A stretch of DNA of 32,000 nucleotides from Ferroglobus placidus DSM 10642 (GCF_000025505.1 NC_013849.1:120001-152000), one strand, 5' to 3'; counted from the first letter of the stretch, positions 1 to 8,428 are shown. Notes: generated by a model from the letters alone, not told the origin. Program-made: numbers and translations.

Positions 1-388
1 TTTGCTGACTGGAGATGGAAGAAAAGAGGGATTGATTCAGAAGGCAAAGAAATTGGGGATCAAAGAGATGCTAATCGACGTGGTTCCGACGGACATTAAA
101 AGCTTGGGAGAAGTTATCGAAACTCTCCTCCTCGTTAAAGCAACTTATTCGTATCCTGCTGGCTGTGGACCGGCTAACGTCTCCTACTACATGGCGGAGT
201 ACCTAAAAAAGGAGCTCGACACGAAAGTTCTCGTTAGCAGCGTTGACAGCGTTGCCCAGCTTTTCAGCGACTTCCTTTTCTACGGACCTATTGAGAGAAG
301 TGAAATAGCTTTCGAAAGCGCATTTATAGTTGAGGAGGTTAAGGAAGGTTTGAGCACTCCTATATACAAAATGGTGGTGTCGAGATGA
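1..388 (+). CDS. C-terminal part of an MtrH-like (tetrahydromethanopterin S-methyltransferase subunit H family) methyltransferase; 5'-truncated by the window edge
   Basis: Open frame enters from the window edge. The segment '...IDVVPTDIKSLGEVIETLLLVKATYSYPAGCGPANVSYYMAEY' resembles the conserved 'P.GCGPANA' region of MtrH/corrinoid methyltransferase TIM barrels. Its stop overlaps the next ORF start. Confidence 0.7.
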   Translation, partial: LLTGDGRKEGLIQKAKKLGIKEMLIDVVPTDIKSLGEVIETLLLVKATYSYPAGCGPANVSYYMAEYLKKELDTKVLVSSVDSVAQLFSDFLFYGPIERSEIAFESAFIVEEVKEGLSTPIYKMVVSR

Positions 389-1842
389 TAGAAGAAGTTC
401 TGAAAGAATCTCTGAAGTTGCAGGAAGAAGCAGTTAAGGCTATAGAAACCCACAGGTTTGAGGAGTTCAAGATCGTTCACGCGGAAAAGTTTGTAGAGGC
501 TGTTAGGGAAATGAAGGTAAAAGATGGACAGAACGAAAACGCTCTCAACCTCTACAGAATGAGCCTGATAAACCACTACGAAATCTTGAAAAGCTTAACC
601 GAAAGCGTGTCTCCGATGGAATCGGCTTTTCTCGAGTGGATGCAAACTCCGGTTGTGATGGAAATCCTTTACAGCCTGGACTCTTCTTTCAGAGAAGCCG
701 CTGAAAGAGTTGCGAAGGTAATTGAGGAGAGCGACGATATCATTTCCCTCGAAGCTATGAGAATCGCCAACGGCTTTTACGGAGTGACTTCGGCAAAGGA
801 CTTTGCCGCTATTCCCGGCTCAACTCTCTCGGTTTTGGCAAAAATTGTCGAGAGGGCAGATGTAGAGAGAGACTACGCAAAAGCGTTTTTATCAGCAAAG
901 TCGTGGGGGTTGAACACTTCCTACATCTTCGGCAACGAGTTTTTGAAAGTTTTTAAGGAAACGAAGAGCTTTGAAAAAGCTGTAGAGGCTGAGAAAAAAG
1001 CTATGAAGAGAATGTTGCTCGAGCCGGTAAAGCTTCAGAGGGAAATAATGCTTTCCTACGGATTCAAATCCTTCGATCCGGCAGATTATATGAGAATTTA
1101 CAGAGAAAAGATGGAAAATGTCGTAAATGATTCTCTCGACGAAGTTCACGTAGCAAACATCGTCATGCTGCCAACCCATGTAGGAGATGTCGGACACCAC
1201 ATAGGCTGGCAGTACTACTACATCTGCAGAGATGAGATGTGCATGGAGCTTTTAAGAGTGCACTTGGCTTTCCTCAAAAGGAACCTCCGAAGAGCGTTTG
1301 AGGAAGGTTTGATGAAGAGCGTTTTCGACGTCTCTTACTTTGCCACCGGACTTTCCGCTTTACTAATATACAAACTTCTGTTCGACGAAGGATTTACAGC
1401 AGAGATGCTCACGAGACTATTCACGGAAAGGTTTTACAACTACGTGATGCTCAATCAGTTTGATAGAAACGTCGTTAACGAGCTTCACGTCAACGACCTT
1501 CTCGATTTCGCTTTTCGCGGGCAGAGATTGGCTGAAAAGGGGTGGAAGATTGGAAAACTCGAAGTGGATTTTTCAGACTACGAAAACTCCTTCCTGCAGA
1601 GGGGTGAATACTACGCTTATCCCTTCTGCGCAATAACGACAAAATTCGCAACTTTGATGAGGTTTGCAGACATGCCTTGTTTACTCGCTCCCGAGCCAAT
1701 AAGCATAGCAACTCTCGTAAATGCTGTGGCGTTATCTCCGGAAAAGCCCTTCGCTCCCGTAAGTTTATGCAAGAACTGCGCAACAGCCCACGTCCAGCCG
1801 GCTAAGTGCATGCACTGCTTAAGCAAAAACCTCAAAATTTAA
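385..1842 (+). CDS. Conserved-looking protein of unknown function (485 aa), with an His-rich 'LPTHVGDVGHHIGW' segment and a C-terminal CKNC-x9-CMHC zinc-knuckle-like motif
   Basis: Long ORF starting 4 nt before the end of the MtrH-like ORF (ATGA overlap), with no other family recognised with confidence. Possibly the archaeal DUF2193 family, but this is not verifiable by eye. Confidence 0.85.
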   Translation: MIEEVLKESLKLQEEAVKAIETHRFEEFKIVHAEKFVEAVREMKVKDGQNENALNLYRMSLINHYEILKSLTESVSPMESAFLEWMQTPVVMEILYSLDSSFREAAERVAKVIEESDDIISLEAMRIANGFYGVTSAKDFAAIPGSTLSVLAKIVERADVERDYAKAFLSAKSWGLNTSYIFGNEFLKVFKETKSFEKAVEAEKKAMKRMLLEPVKLQREIMLSYGFKSFDPADYMRIYREKMENVVNDSLDEVHVANIVMLPTHVGDVGHHIGWQYYYICRDEMCMELLRVHLAFLKRNLRRAFEEGLMKSVFDVSYFATGLSALLIYKLLFDEGFTAEMLTRLFTERFYNYVMLNQFDRNVVNELHVNDLLDFAFRGQRLAEKGWKIGKLEVDFSDYENSFLQRGEYYAYPFCAITTKFATLMRFADMPCLLAPEPISIATLVNAVALSPEKPFAPVSLCKNCATAHVQPAKCMHCLSKNLKI

Positions 1843-1861
1843 AAAATAAATTTTTTTTTTT
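1843..1861. terminator. Likely poly-T/A-rich transcription termination region between convergent genes
   Basis: 'aaaaaataaattttttttttt' lies directly after the stop at 1842 (11-T run, 1851-1861). On the minus strand it reads A11TTTATTTTTT, following the stop at 1868. Confidence 0.5.
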
Positions 1862-1867
1862 GGAGCG

Positions 1868-2050
1868 TCATTCTATCGTTATCGCTCCAGCGGGACAGCT
1901 TTCTGCAGCTTCCTGGCAGCAGTCGATATTAGCTTCGCAATCTCCAACGACTCTACTTATCCCGTTCTCGTCGAGCTTAAAAACTTCCGGACAGATCTCC
2001 TCGCATAATCCGCAGCCCGTACAAAGGTTTTCGTCTACTTTAGCTGGCAT
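1868..2050 (-). CDS. Small (60 aa) single-cluster-type ferredoxin
   Basis: MPAKVDENLCTGCGLCEEICPEVFKLDENGISRVVGDCEANIDCCQEAAESCPAGAITIE has CxxCxxxCPEVF and a distal CPAGAI typical of Thermotoga/Archaeoglobus-type ferredoxins. The track start at 2095 is longer than the family, so the internal ATG at 2050 is preferred. Confidence 0.88.
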   Translation of the reverse strand: MPAKVDENLCTGCGLCEEICPEVFKLDENGISRVVGDCEANIDCCQEAAESCPAGAITIE

Positions 2051-2224
2051 GGTGAATATTTGAGCTAAAAAACTATTTAAATATTTCCAGCCCATGAGAA
2101 ATATTTCAAAAACACGAATTCGACTTTTAAGCCGATAAAATATAACGATTAGTCATTTTAAATATGCTCCGTGAAATCTCAACTGGGAAAAATTAAAATC
2201 GTACTCCAACAACTTTTGAGAGTC

Positions 2225-4558
2225 ATGAGGATCGGTGTATTTGTTTGTCACTGCGGATTGAACATAGCGAGAATTGTTGACGTTCAAGAAGTTGTTAATT
2301 ACGCTAAAAATCTCGAAGACGTTTACTTTTCCACGGATTTAAAGTACGCCTGTTCCGACAGCGGTCAGGAGGAGATTATAAAAGCTATAAAAGAAAATCG
2401 GCTCGATGCCGTTGTTATTGCCGCATGCTCTCCAAAACTTCACGAGCACACTTTTAGAAAAGCTGCGATGAGAGCGGGGCTGAACCCTTACATGGTTCTC
2501 ATGGCAAACATAAGGGAGCAGTGTTCGTGGGTTCACCAAGAACATCCTAAAGCTGCGACGGAAAAAGCTAAAGATCTCGTCAGAATGGCTGTCGCTGCTG
2601 CAAGAAAGCTCGAACCACTGTCAAGAAAGAGAATTGAGGTTAAGAAGAGTGCCGTCGTGATCGGCGGAGGCGTTGCTGGGATTGAAGCCGCTTTAACTCT
2701 CGCTAACGCTGGAGTGAAAGTATATCTTATAGAAAAAGCCCCCACAATCGGAGGAAAAATGGCTACGCTGAATGAAGTTTTTCCGACGAACGACTGTTCG
2801 ATATGCATCCTCGCTCCCAAGATGAGCGAGGCTTTCAATCACGAGAACATAGAGGTCATAACAAACGCCGAAGTCCTTGAAGTTTCTGGACACGTGGGGA
2901 ATTTTAAAGTAAAAGTCAGAAAGCATCCGAGGTACGTGGACGAGAATAAATGCAAAGGCTGTATCGACGATTGCTCCTCAGTCTGCCCGGTGGAAGTTCC
3001 CAACGAGTTCGACTACACGATAGGAGTGAGAAAGGCAATATACTTGCCGATTCCCCAGTCAACTCCTCTTTACGCAGCCATAGACTGGGAGCACTGCATC
3101 GGCTGCAGACTTTGCGAAAAAGCGTGCGAACCGAAAGCCGTCGACTTTAATCAGAAGCCGGAAGATTTAGAGATAGAAGCGGGAGTTATTATCGTCGCTA
3201 CCGGCTACAAACCTTTCGATGCGAGGAGGAAAGAGGAGTACGGCTACGGAGTGTATAAGAACGTTATAACAACCCTCGAACTCGAAAGACTTTTGTCAGC
3301 CTCGGGACCAACTCTCGGCAACTTGTATCGCCCTTCGGATTCTTCCGTGCCGAGAAAAATCGCTTTCATTCAGTGCGTAGGGAGCAGGGATGTTAAGACC
3401 AACAAGTACTGCTCGAGGGTTTGCTGCATGGTGAGCATTAAGAACGCTTACATTATAAAGGAAAGGTATCCGGAAGCGGATGTTTCAGTCTTCTTTATCG
3501 ACATAAGAGCCTTCGGAAGAATGTACGAGGAGTTTTTTGCGAGAGCTCAGGAAAAGGGAATAAGATTCATAAGGGGAAGAGTGGCTGAGATTTACGAGCT
3601 TGAGAACGGAAATCTAATTCTCACGTACGAAAACACTCTTACCGGAGAAATAAAAGAGGAGGAGTTCGAACTCGTCGTTCTTTCCATCGGAATGGAAGGG
3701 AACACTGACTTGGCAAACAAGCTCGGGATAAGCGTCGGCGAAGACGGATTTTACGACGTGGCTCATCCGAAGCTTAGACCAGCTGAAACTGATGTAAAGG
3801 GAATATTTTTGGCCGGAGCAGCAAGCGGTCCTAAGGATATTCAAGATTCCGTAGCTTCAGCAGGTTTGGCGGCTTCGAAAGCCATGGAGCTTATATTTGG
3901 CGGAGAAGCGGAATTTGACCCTTACAATGCCTACGTAAACGAAGAAAAGTGCATAGGATGCAGAATATGCGAGGAGGTTTGCAATTTCAATGCTGTGACG
4001 TTCGAAAATAAGAAGGCGAAGATAGATCCGAACGCTTGCGTCATGTGCGGAGTTTGCGCAGCTTCTTGTCCGGCAGACGCGATAGACTTGGGATTCTTTA
4101 AGGAAGATGCGATTGTTGCTATGATTGACGCACTCGCTGAGGAGAAGAAAGTAGAGCCGCTAATATTGATCTTCGCCTGCCACTTCTGCAGTTACGGAGC
4201 ACTCGACTTGGCTGGAACTACGAAAACCCAGTATTCTCCTAACGTGAGGGTAATAAGGACGCTTTGCTCTGGGAGGGTTGATCCTGAGTGGATTTTGAGG
4301 GCTTTGAAGAGAGGAATAGACGGCGTTATGGTGACCGGTTGCAGGCTTGGAGAGTGCCACTTTAGAGTTGGTAACTATCATGCTGTTGATAGAATTAAAG
4401 CTCTGAAGAAGCTTCTTGAGGAGATCGGAATAAATCCAGAGAGGGTGGAAACTTCCTGGCATTCCGCTGGAGAGGGGGCTGAGATAGCCAAAGATATCGA
4501 CGAGTTTGTTGAGAGAATTGCGAAGCTTGGATCGATTTACGAAGAGGTGGCAAGATGA
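2225..4558 (+). CDS. hdrA: Heterodisulfide reductase subunit A (HdrA) fused to a C-terminal MvhD/FrhD-like iron-sulfur domain
   Basis: N-terminus MRIGVFVCHCGLNIARIVD; FAD-binding GGGVAGIEAAL; SICILAPKM; ferredoxin motifs CKGCIDDCSSVCP, CIGCRLCEKAC, CIGCRICEEVC and CVMCGVCAASCP; C-terminal 'FACHFCSYGALDLAG...VRVIRTLCSGRVDPEWILRALKRGIDGVMVTGCRLGECHF...N' is MvhD-like. The track ORF starts at 2171; ATG 2225 fits the family N-terminus. Confidence 0.93.
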   Translation: MRIGVFVCHCGLNIARIVDVQEVVNYAKNLEDVYFSTDLKYACSDSGQEEIIKAIKENRLDAVVIAACSPKLHEHTFRKAAMRAGLNPYMVLMANIREQCSWVHQEHPKAATEKAKDLVRMAVAAARKLEPLSRKRIEVKKSAVVIGGGVAGIEAALTLANAGVKVYLIEKAPTIGGKMATLNEVFPTNDCSICILAPKMSEAFNHENIEVITNAEVLEVSGHVGNFKVKVRKHPRYVDENKCKGCIDDCSSVCPVEVPNEFDYTIGVRKAIYLPIPQSTPLYAAIDWEHCIGCRLCEKACEPKAVDFNQKPEDLEIEAGVIIVATGYKPFDARRKEEYGYGVYKNVITTLELERLLSASGPTLGNLYRPSDSSVPRKIAFIQCVGSRDVKTNKYCSRVCCMVSIKNAYIIKERYPEADVSVFFIDIRAFGRMYEEFFARAQEKGIRFIRGRVAEIYELENGNLILTYENTLTGEIKEEEFELVVLSIGMEGNTDLANKLGISVGEDGFYDVAHPKLRPAETDVKGIFLAGAASGPKDIQDSVASAGLAASKAMELIFGGEAEFDPYNAYVNEEKCIGCRICEEVCNFNAVTFENKKAKIDPNACVMCGVCAASCPADAIDLGFFKEDAIVAMIDALAEEKKVEPLILIFACHFCSYGALDLAGTTKTQYSPNVRVIRTLCSGRVDPEWILRALKRGIDGVMVTGCRLGECHFRVGNYHAVDRIKALKKLLEEIGINPERVETSWHSAGEGAEIAKDIDEFVERIAKLGSIYEEVAR

Positions 4559-5871
4559 TAGAGAGAGACGTTGAGATGGAGGAGAACAAATTCATATTCA
4601 TTCAAAGAGCTGAAGATGAGGAGAGGAGATTAATTTACGACTACAAAAAATGTAACGGTTGCGGAATTTGCGTTTACGCATGCCCAATAAATGCGATAGA
4701 GCTTGGTCCGGTTCACGACATAGCTTTAGGTCTGGAAATGCCCCCGATAACGCTCGATCACATAAAGTGCTCCTACTGCGGAATTTGCTACGCTTTCTGC
4801 CCTTTTAACGCCTTCGACTTTTACATTAACGAAAAGAGAGTAGAAAAACAGGAGTTACCTCTCACTTTGTCCGGAGAAACGAGGATTGATAGGGAGAAGT
4901 GCGTGAATTGTACGCTCTGCTTTAAAGTCTGTCCGACGAATGCGATAAGCCTCGATTTCAAAATAAAAAGAGAGGACATCCCGCAGAGGAATGAAGGCGT
5001 GGAAGGGAAAGTTGAAATAGATAGGGAGAAGTGCAATCTTTGCGGAATTTGCGCAGAGTTCTGCGAAGTTTTTCAAATGGTCGAAAAAGAGCCTCATCCG
5101 GAGGATGTCATGCCCTACGAGGATATCCTAATCGACGAGACTAAGTGCGACTACTGCAAGCTCTGCGAGAGAGTTTGTCCAGAAGAAGCTATAAGAGTAG
5201 AAGGGAAATTGATAGAGGCTGACGTTTCGGATTACGCTTTCGTTGATGTCAACAACGAGGAGTGCTCGAGGTGTTCCTACTGCGAAGAAGTTTGTCCGTA
5301 CGACGCGATAACAGTTTCGAAGCCAATTTACGGAGAACTCTACCTGTACGAGCCGAGGATGTACAGATGCGATCCAGTCGGATGCGGGGCTTGTATAAAA
5401 GTTTGCAAGCACAACAGGGTTTGGTACGTTTCGAAGGATAAGGGAAGAGTTCACTACAACGAGAAATTCTGCAATTACTGCGGAGCTTGCGAAAACTCGT
5501 GTCCCTACGACTTAATAGCTGTTAAGAGGGATGCGGTCTTTACCATAGAAAACATAAAGAACGAACCCTGGAGGGAGTCTTGGGAGGAGGCAGTTTACAG
5601 AATAACGAGAAAAATTAGAGCTGAGGAGCCGAGAGTTAAATTTGCAAAAGTCTCTCAGAAATTCGAAGTTAAAGAGGAGGAGTTTAAGGTATTTAAGCCA
5701 ACTGAGGACATTTTAAAGAAACTCGAGGAGAAGATTTCACTGGCTGAAAAAATTTTAAAAAGAGCGGCGATCAGAAAAGCGATTGAAGAAGAGAGGTTCG
5801 AAGATTTTGCAAAGCTGGTGAAGAAGTATGCATCTCGAGAGCTTGAGAGGAAGGAAGAACAAGAAGCTTGA
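4555..5871 (+). CDS. Polyferredoxin, FwdF-like, with eight CxxCxxC-type cluster motifs
   Basis: Motifs: CNGCGICVYACP, CSYCGICYAFCP, CVNCTLCFKVCP, CNLCGICAEFCE, CDYCKLCERVCP, CSRCSYCEEVCP, CDPVGCGACIKVCK, CNYCGACENSCP. The start overlaps the hdrA stop by ATGA. Confidence 0.88.
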   Translation: MIERDVEMEENKFIFIQRAEDEERRLIYDYKKCNGCGICVYACPINAIELGPVHDIALGLEMPPITLDHIKCSYCGICYAFCPFNAFDFYINEKRVEKQELPLTLSGETRIDREKCVNCTLCFKVCPTNAISLDFKIKREDIPQRNEGVEGKVEIDREKCNLCGICAEFCEVFQMVEKEPHPEDVMPYEDILIDETKCDYCKLCERVCPEEAIRVEGKLIEADVSDYAFVDVNNEECSRCSYCEEVCPYDAITVSKPIYGELYLYEPRMYRCDPVGCGACIKVCKHNRVWYVSKDKGRVHYNEKFCNYCGACENSCPYDLIAVKRDAVFTIENIKNEPWRESWEEAVYRITRKIRAEEPRVKFAKVSQKFEVKEEEFKVFKPTEDILKKLEEKISLAEKILKRAAIRKAIEEERFEDFAKLVKKYASRELERKEEQEA

Positions 5872-7027
5872 AGGTAAAAAGATCGTTCTTGGGGTTACCG
5901 GAAGCATAGCAGCGATAGAGTCTGTGAAGCTTGCGAGAGAGCTCGTGAGGAGAGGAGCGGATGTGGTGGCTGTTATGAGCGAAGCGGCTAAAAAGATAAT
6001 TCACCCCTACGCCCTCGAATTCGCCACCGACAATCCGGTTATAGACGAAATTACCGGGAAAATAGAGCACGTTGAGCTTTTTGAGAGAGACGGTAAGGCG
6101 GATCTTTTATTAATTGCTCCAGCCACAGCCAACACCATAGCCAAGATTGCGAACGGCATAGACGACACGCCAGTAACGACGATGGCTACTGTCGCTCTTG
6201 GAAGTGGAAAGAAGATAATCGTAGCTCCAGCCATGCACGAAAGCATGATAAAGAACAAAGCTGTTGCGGAAGCGATGGAAAAGCTGAAAAACTTGGGAGT
6301 GGAAATAGTCGAGCCTAAATTCGAAGAGGGAAAGGCGAAGTTCCCCGAGATTGAGAAAATATGCCTCCACGTGGAAAGAGCTTTGTACAAGAAAGATTTC
6401 GAAGGATACAAAGTTCTCGTAACTTCCGGACCAACTTACGAGTTCCTCGATCCGATTAGGTTTATAAGCAATAGAAGTAGCGGAAAGTTCGGCTACGAAA
6501 TCGCTCTGGAGTTCTGGCGGAGAGGAGCTGAGATCGTTTACGTTTCCTCGAAAGACGTCCCCTTCAGCCTACCGGATTTCGAGCACGTAAAGGTGGTTTC
6601 GGTAAAAGATATGCTGGAAGCCTGTTTAGCCCACAAAGACTGCGACGTTTTCGTTTCGGCTGCCGCTGCAGCAGATTTTACGATAGAAACGAAGAGGAGC
6701 AAGATTAAAACTGCCGATGAGCTGAATCTAATTTTAAAAGCTGCTCCGAAGGTTTTAAAGGAAGTCAGAAAAGTTTCGAACTGCAAGATAATAGGGTTTA
6801 AAGCGGAAACCGGAGTTGGCGACAAGGAACTCGAAAAAATTGCTCTGAGCAAAATGGAAGAGGATAGAATCGATATGATCGTCGCAAACGACGTGCTCGA
6901 AAGAGGAATGGGTACAGACGATACGAGAGTTTTCGTAGCTACCGGAAAAAGAAGGGTCTGGCTCGAAGGGTTGAAAATGCACGTTGCGGAGAAGATAGTA
7001 GATATCTTTTCCGAAGACTGTCTATGA
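5828..7027 (+). CDS. coaBC: Bifunctional phosphopantothenoylcysteine decarboxylase / phosphopantothenate-cysteine ligase
   Basis: 'KIVLGVTGSIAAIESVKLARELVRRG', 'LLIAPATANTIAKIANGIDDTPVTT', 'IIVAPAMHESM', 'VLVTSGPTYEFLDPIRFISNRSSGKFGYEIA', 'VSAAAAADF', 'GFKAETG', 'IVANDV'. Confidence 0.93.
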   Translation: MHLESLRGRKNKKLEGKKIVLGVTGSIAAIESVKLARELVRRGADVVAVMSEAAKKIIHPYALEFATDNPVIDEITGKIEHVELFERDGKADLLLIAPATANTIAKIANGIDDTPVTTMATVALGSGKKIIVAPAMHESMIKNKAVAEAMEKLKNLGVEIVEPKFEEGKAKFPEIEKICLHVERALYKKDFEGYKVLVTSGPTYEFLDPIRFISNRSSGKFGYEIALEFWRRGAEIVYVSSKDVPFSLPDFEHVKVVSVKDMLEACLAHKDCDVFVSAAAAADFTIETKRSKIKTADELNLILKAAPKVLKEVRKVSNCKIIGFKAETGVGDKELEKIALSKMEEDRIDMIVANDVLERGMGTDDTRVFVATGKRRVWLEGLKMHVAEKIVDIFSEDCL

Positions 7028-7821
7028 TTTTCGCTCCCTCGAGCATAACGGCTTTCTTTTCTCCAAGAATTCATTCCGAGCCTAAAAAAGCAGGATCGAT
7101 CGGAGTTGGGATAACTTTAAACGAAGGTGTCGTTGCCAGAGAATCCAAAGAGGAGGGAGTTTATTTAAACGGAAGTAAAATTGAATTTCCCACGGTTGAG
7201 TACGTTTTAAGAAAGCTTGGTTTGAAAGGCGTGAATCTCGAAACGAAACTTCCGTTGTCCTGCGGCTTTGGTTTGAGCGGTGCTTCTGCTTTAGCCACAG
7301 CTTTTCTCTCAAAGGAAGCAGATTATTTTTTCCTCTGCGATCTTGCTCACGAGGCTGAGGTAATTCATAAAACCGGGCTTGGTGATGTTGTCACCCAAAC
7401 TCACGGCGGAGTCGTTGCGAGAATTTCCGAAGGAGCTCCTTCGATTGCTAAGGTTAAGAAGTTTTTCTTCAACGCAACGATTGACGTTATCGTTTTGGGA
7501 AAGATTAACACGGCAGAGTTCCTTTCAAGCTACAACCTGAAGGAGATATCGAGAATAGGAGAGGAATGTCTTAAAGAGTTCTTGAAAAAACCGAGCCTCG
7601 AAAACCTCTTCGAACTCTCCAAAAAGTTCGCCATCGAAACGGGGTTAGGAGAGGAAGTTAAAGATGTAATAGAGGCGGTCGAAGCAGCTGGAGGAAAAGC
7701 TTCAATGGCTATGCTCGGAAAAACGGTTTTTGCACTAAACGGAAGGGAAGCTTTCGGGGATTTTAGCGGTTTAACTTTTTCGGCGAGAATCAGAAACTGC
7801 GGAGTGGACGCTAATTTTTAA
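7024..7821 (+). CDS. Archaeal pantoate kinase (GHMP kinase superfamily)
   Basis: 'MIFAPSSITAFFSPRIHSEPKKAGSIGVGITLNEG', 'PLSCGFGLSGASALATAFL', 'EVIHKTGLGDVVTQTHGGVVAR'; immediately coupled to coaBC (ATGA overlap), consistent with the archaeal CoA pathway. Confidence 0.87.
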   Translation: MIFAPSSITAFFSPRIHSEPKKAGSIGVGITLNEGVVARESKEEGVYLNGSKIEFPTVEYVLRKLGLKGVNLETKLPLSCGFGLSGASALATAFLSKEADYFFLCDLAHEAEVIHKTGLGDVVTQTHGGVVARISEGAPSIAKVKKFFFNATIDVIVLGKINTAEFLSSYNLKEISRIGEECLKEFLKKPSLENLFELSKKFAIETGLGEEVKDVIEAVEAAGGKASMAMLGKTVFALNGREAFGDFSGLTFSARIRNCGVDANF

Positions 7822-7832
7822 TAAGTTCAAGC

Positions 7833-7844
7833 GTAAATATTTAC
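7833..7844. promoter_or_regulatory. Perfect 12-bp palindrome GTAAATATTTAC upstream of the Lrp-type regulator (candidate operator and/or TATA region)
   Basis: Sequence read directly; located 15-26 nt upstream of ATG 7859. Confidence 0.4.
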
Positions 7845-7858
7845 AAGAGGTGGGGCAA

Positions 7859-8428
7859 ATGCTGCACGTTTTCGACTTAGATGAAAAGGACAAAAGGATA
7901 CTGGAACTTTTAGAAAAAAACCCGGAAATGACCCAAAACGACATAGCGAGAGTCGTAGGGTTGTCTCAACCTTCAGTTGGTGCGAGAATAAAGAAGTTGA
8001 AAGAGCTCGGATTGATAAGCCACGTTTACGGATTGAATTTAAAAAATTCCGGACTTTACGTGGTTAAGGTTGATGTAAAGTGCAGAAATCCGAGAAAAAT
8101 AGTAGAAAGGTTTAAAAGATGCCCGCACTTTCTGAATTCGTTTGTTGTAGCTGGAAACAAGAATTTGACTCTTCTCTTCATAGGAGAGGACCTCTCGACA
8201 GTCGAAGCTATAATCGACAAACACTTGAGACCTAACAGCGACGTCGTCGATCTGGATGTCGGAATAGTGATAAAAGCTGAAAGGGACATGGTAATGCCGA
8301 TAAAAATACTCGTCGAAAAGACCGGGAGTCCGTGCGGAAGCAATTGCAGCGAGTGCGAATATTACATTTCGGAGCTCTGCAACGGCTGTCCGGCTACAAC
8401 GCATTACAGAGGAAAGCTCTGGAAATGA
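7859..8428 (+). CDS. Lrp/AsnC-family transcriptional regulator with a Cys-rich C-terminal extension
   Basis: HTH 'DEKDKRILELLEKNPEMTQNDIARVVGLSQPSVGARIKKLKELGLI' plus a RAM-like domain, then 'KTGSPCGSNCSECEYYISELCNGCPATTHYRGKLWK'. The track start is GTG 7850; ATG 7859, preceded by an SD-like GAGGTGG, is preferred. Confidence 0.88.
   Translation: MLHVFDLDEKDKRILELLEKNPEMTQNDIARVVGLSQPSVGARIKKLKELGLISHVYGLNLKNSGLYVVKVDVKCRNPRKIVERFKRCPHFLNSFVVAGNKNLTLLFIGEDLSTVEAIIDKHLRPNSDVVDLDVGIVIKAERDMVMPIKILVEKTGSPCGSNCSECEYYISELCNGCPATTHYRGKLWK

Noticed and set aside
3614-3844. Minus-strand ORF inside hdrA, with similar antisense ORFs at 2339..2545, 2533..2838 and 4160..4462
   Set aside because: They lie wholly antisense to a strongly supported HdrA-MvhD coding region and have no recognisable motif; likely codon-bias shadows.
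4821-5454. Antisense ORFs over the polyferredoxin (4821..5036, 4855..5097, 5128..5454)
   Set aside because: The sense strand carries eight [4Fe-4S] motifs; the antisense translations show no domain signature.
8332-8427. N-terminal extension of the nep1 ORF
   Set aside because: It overlaps the Cys-rich tail of the Lrp-type gene in another frame; Nep1 homology starts at M33 (8428).
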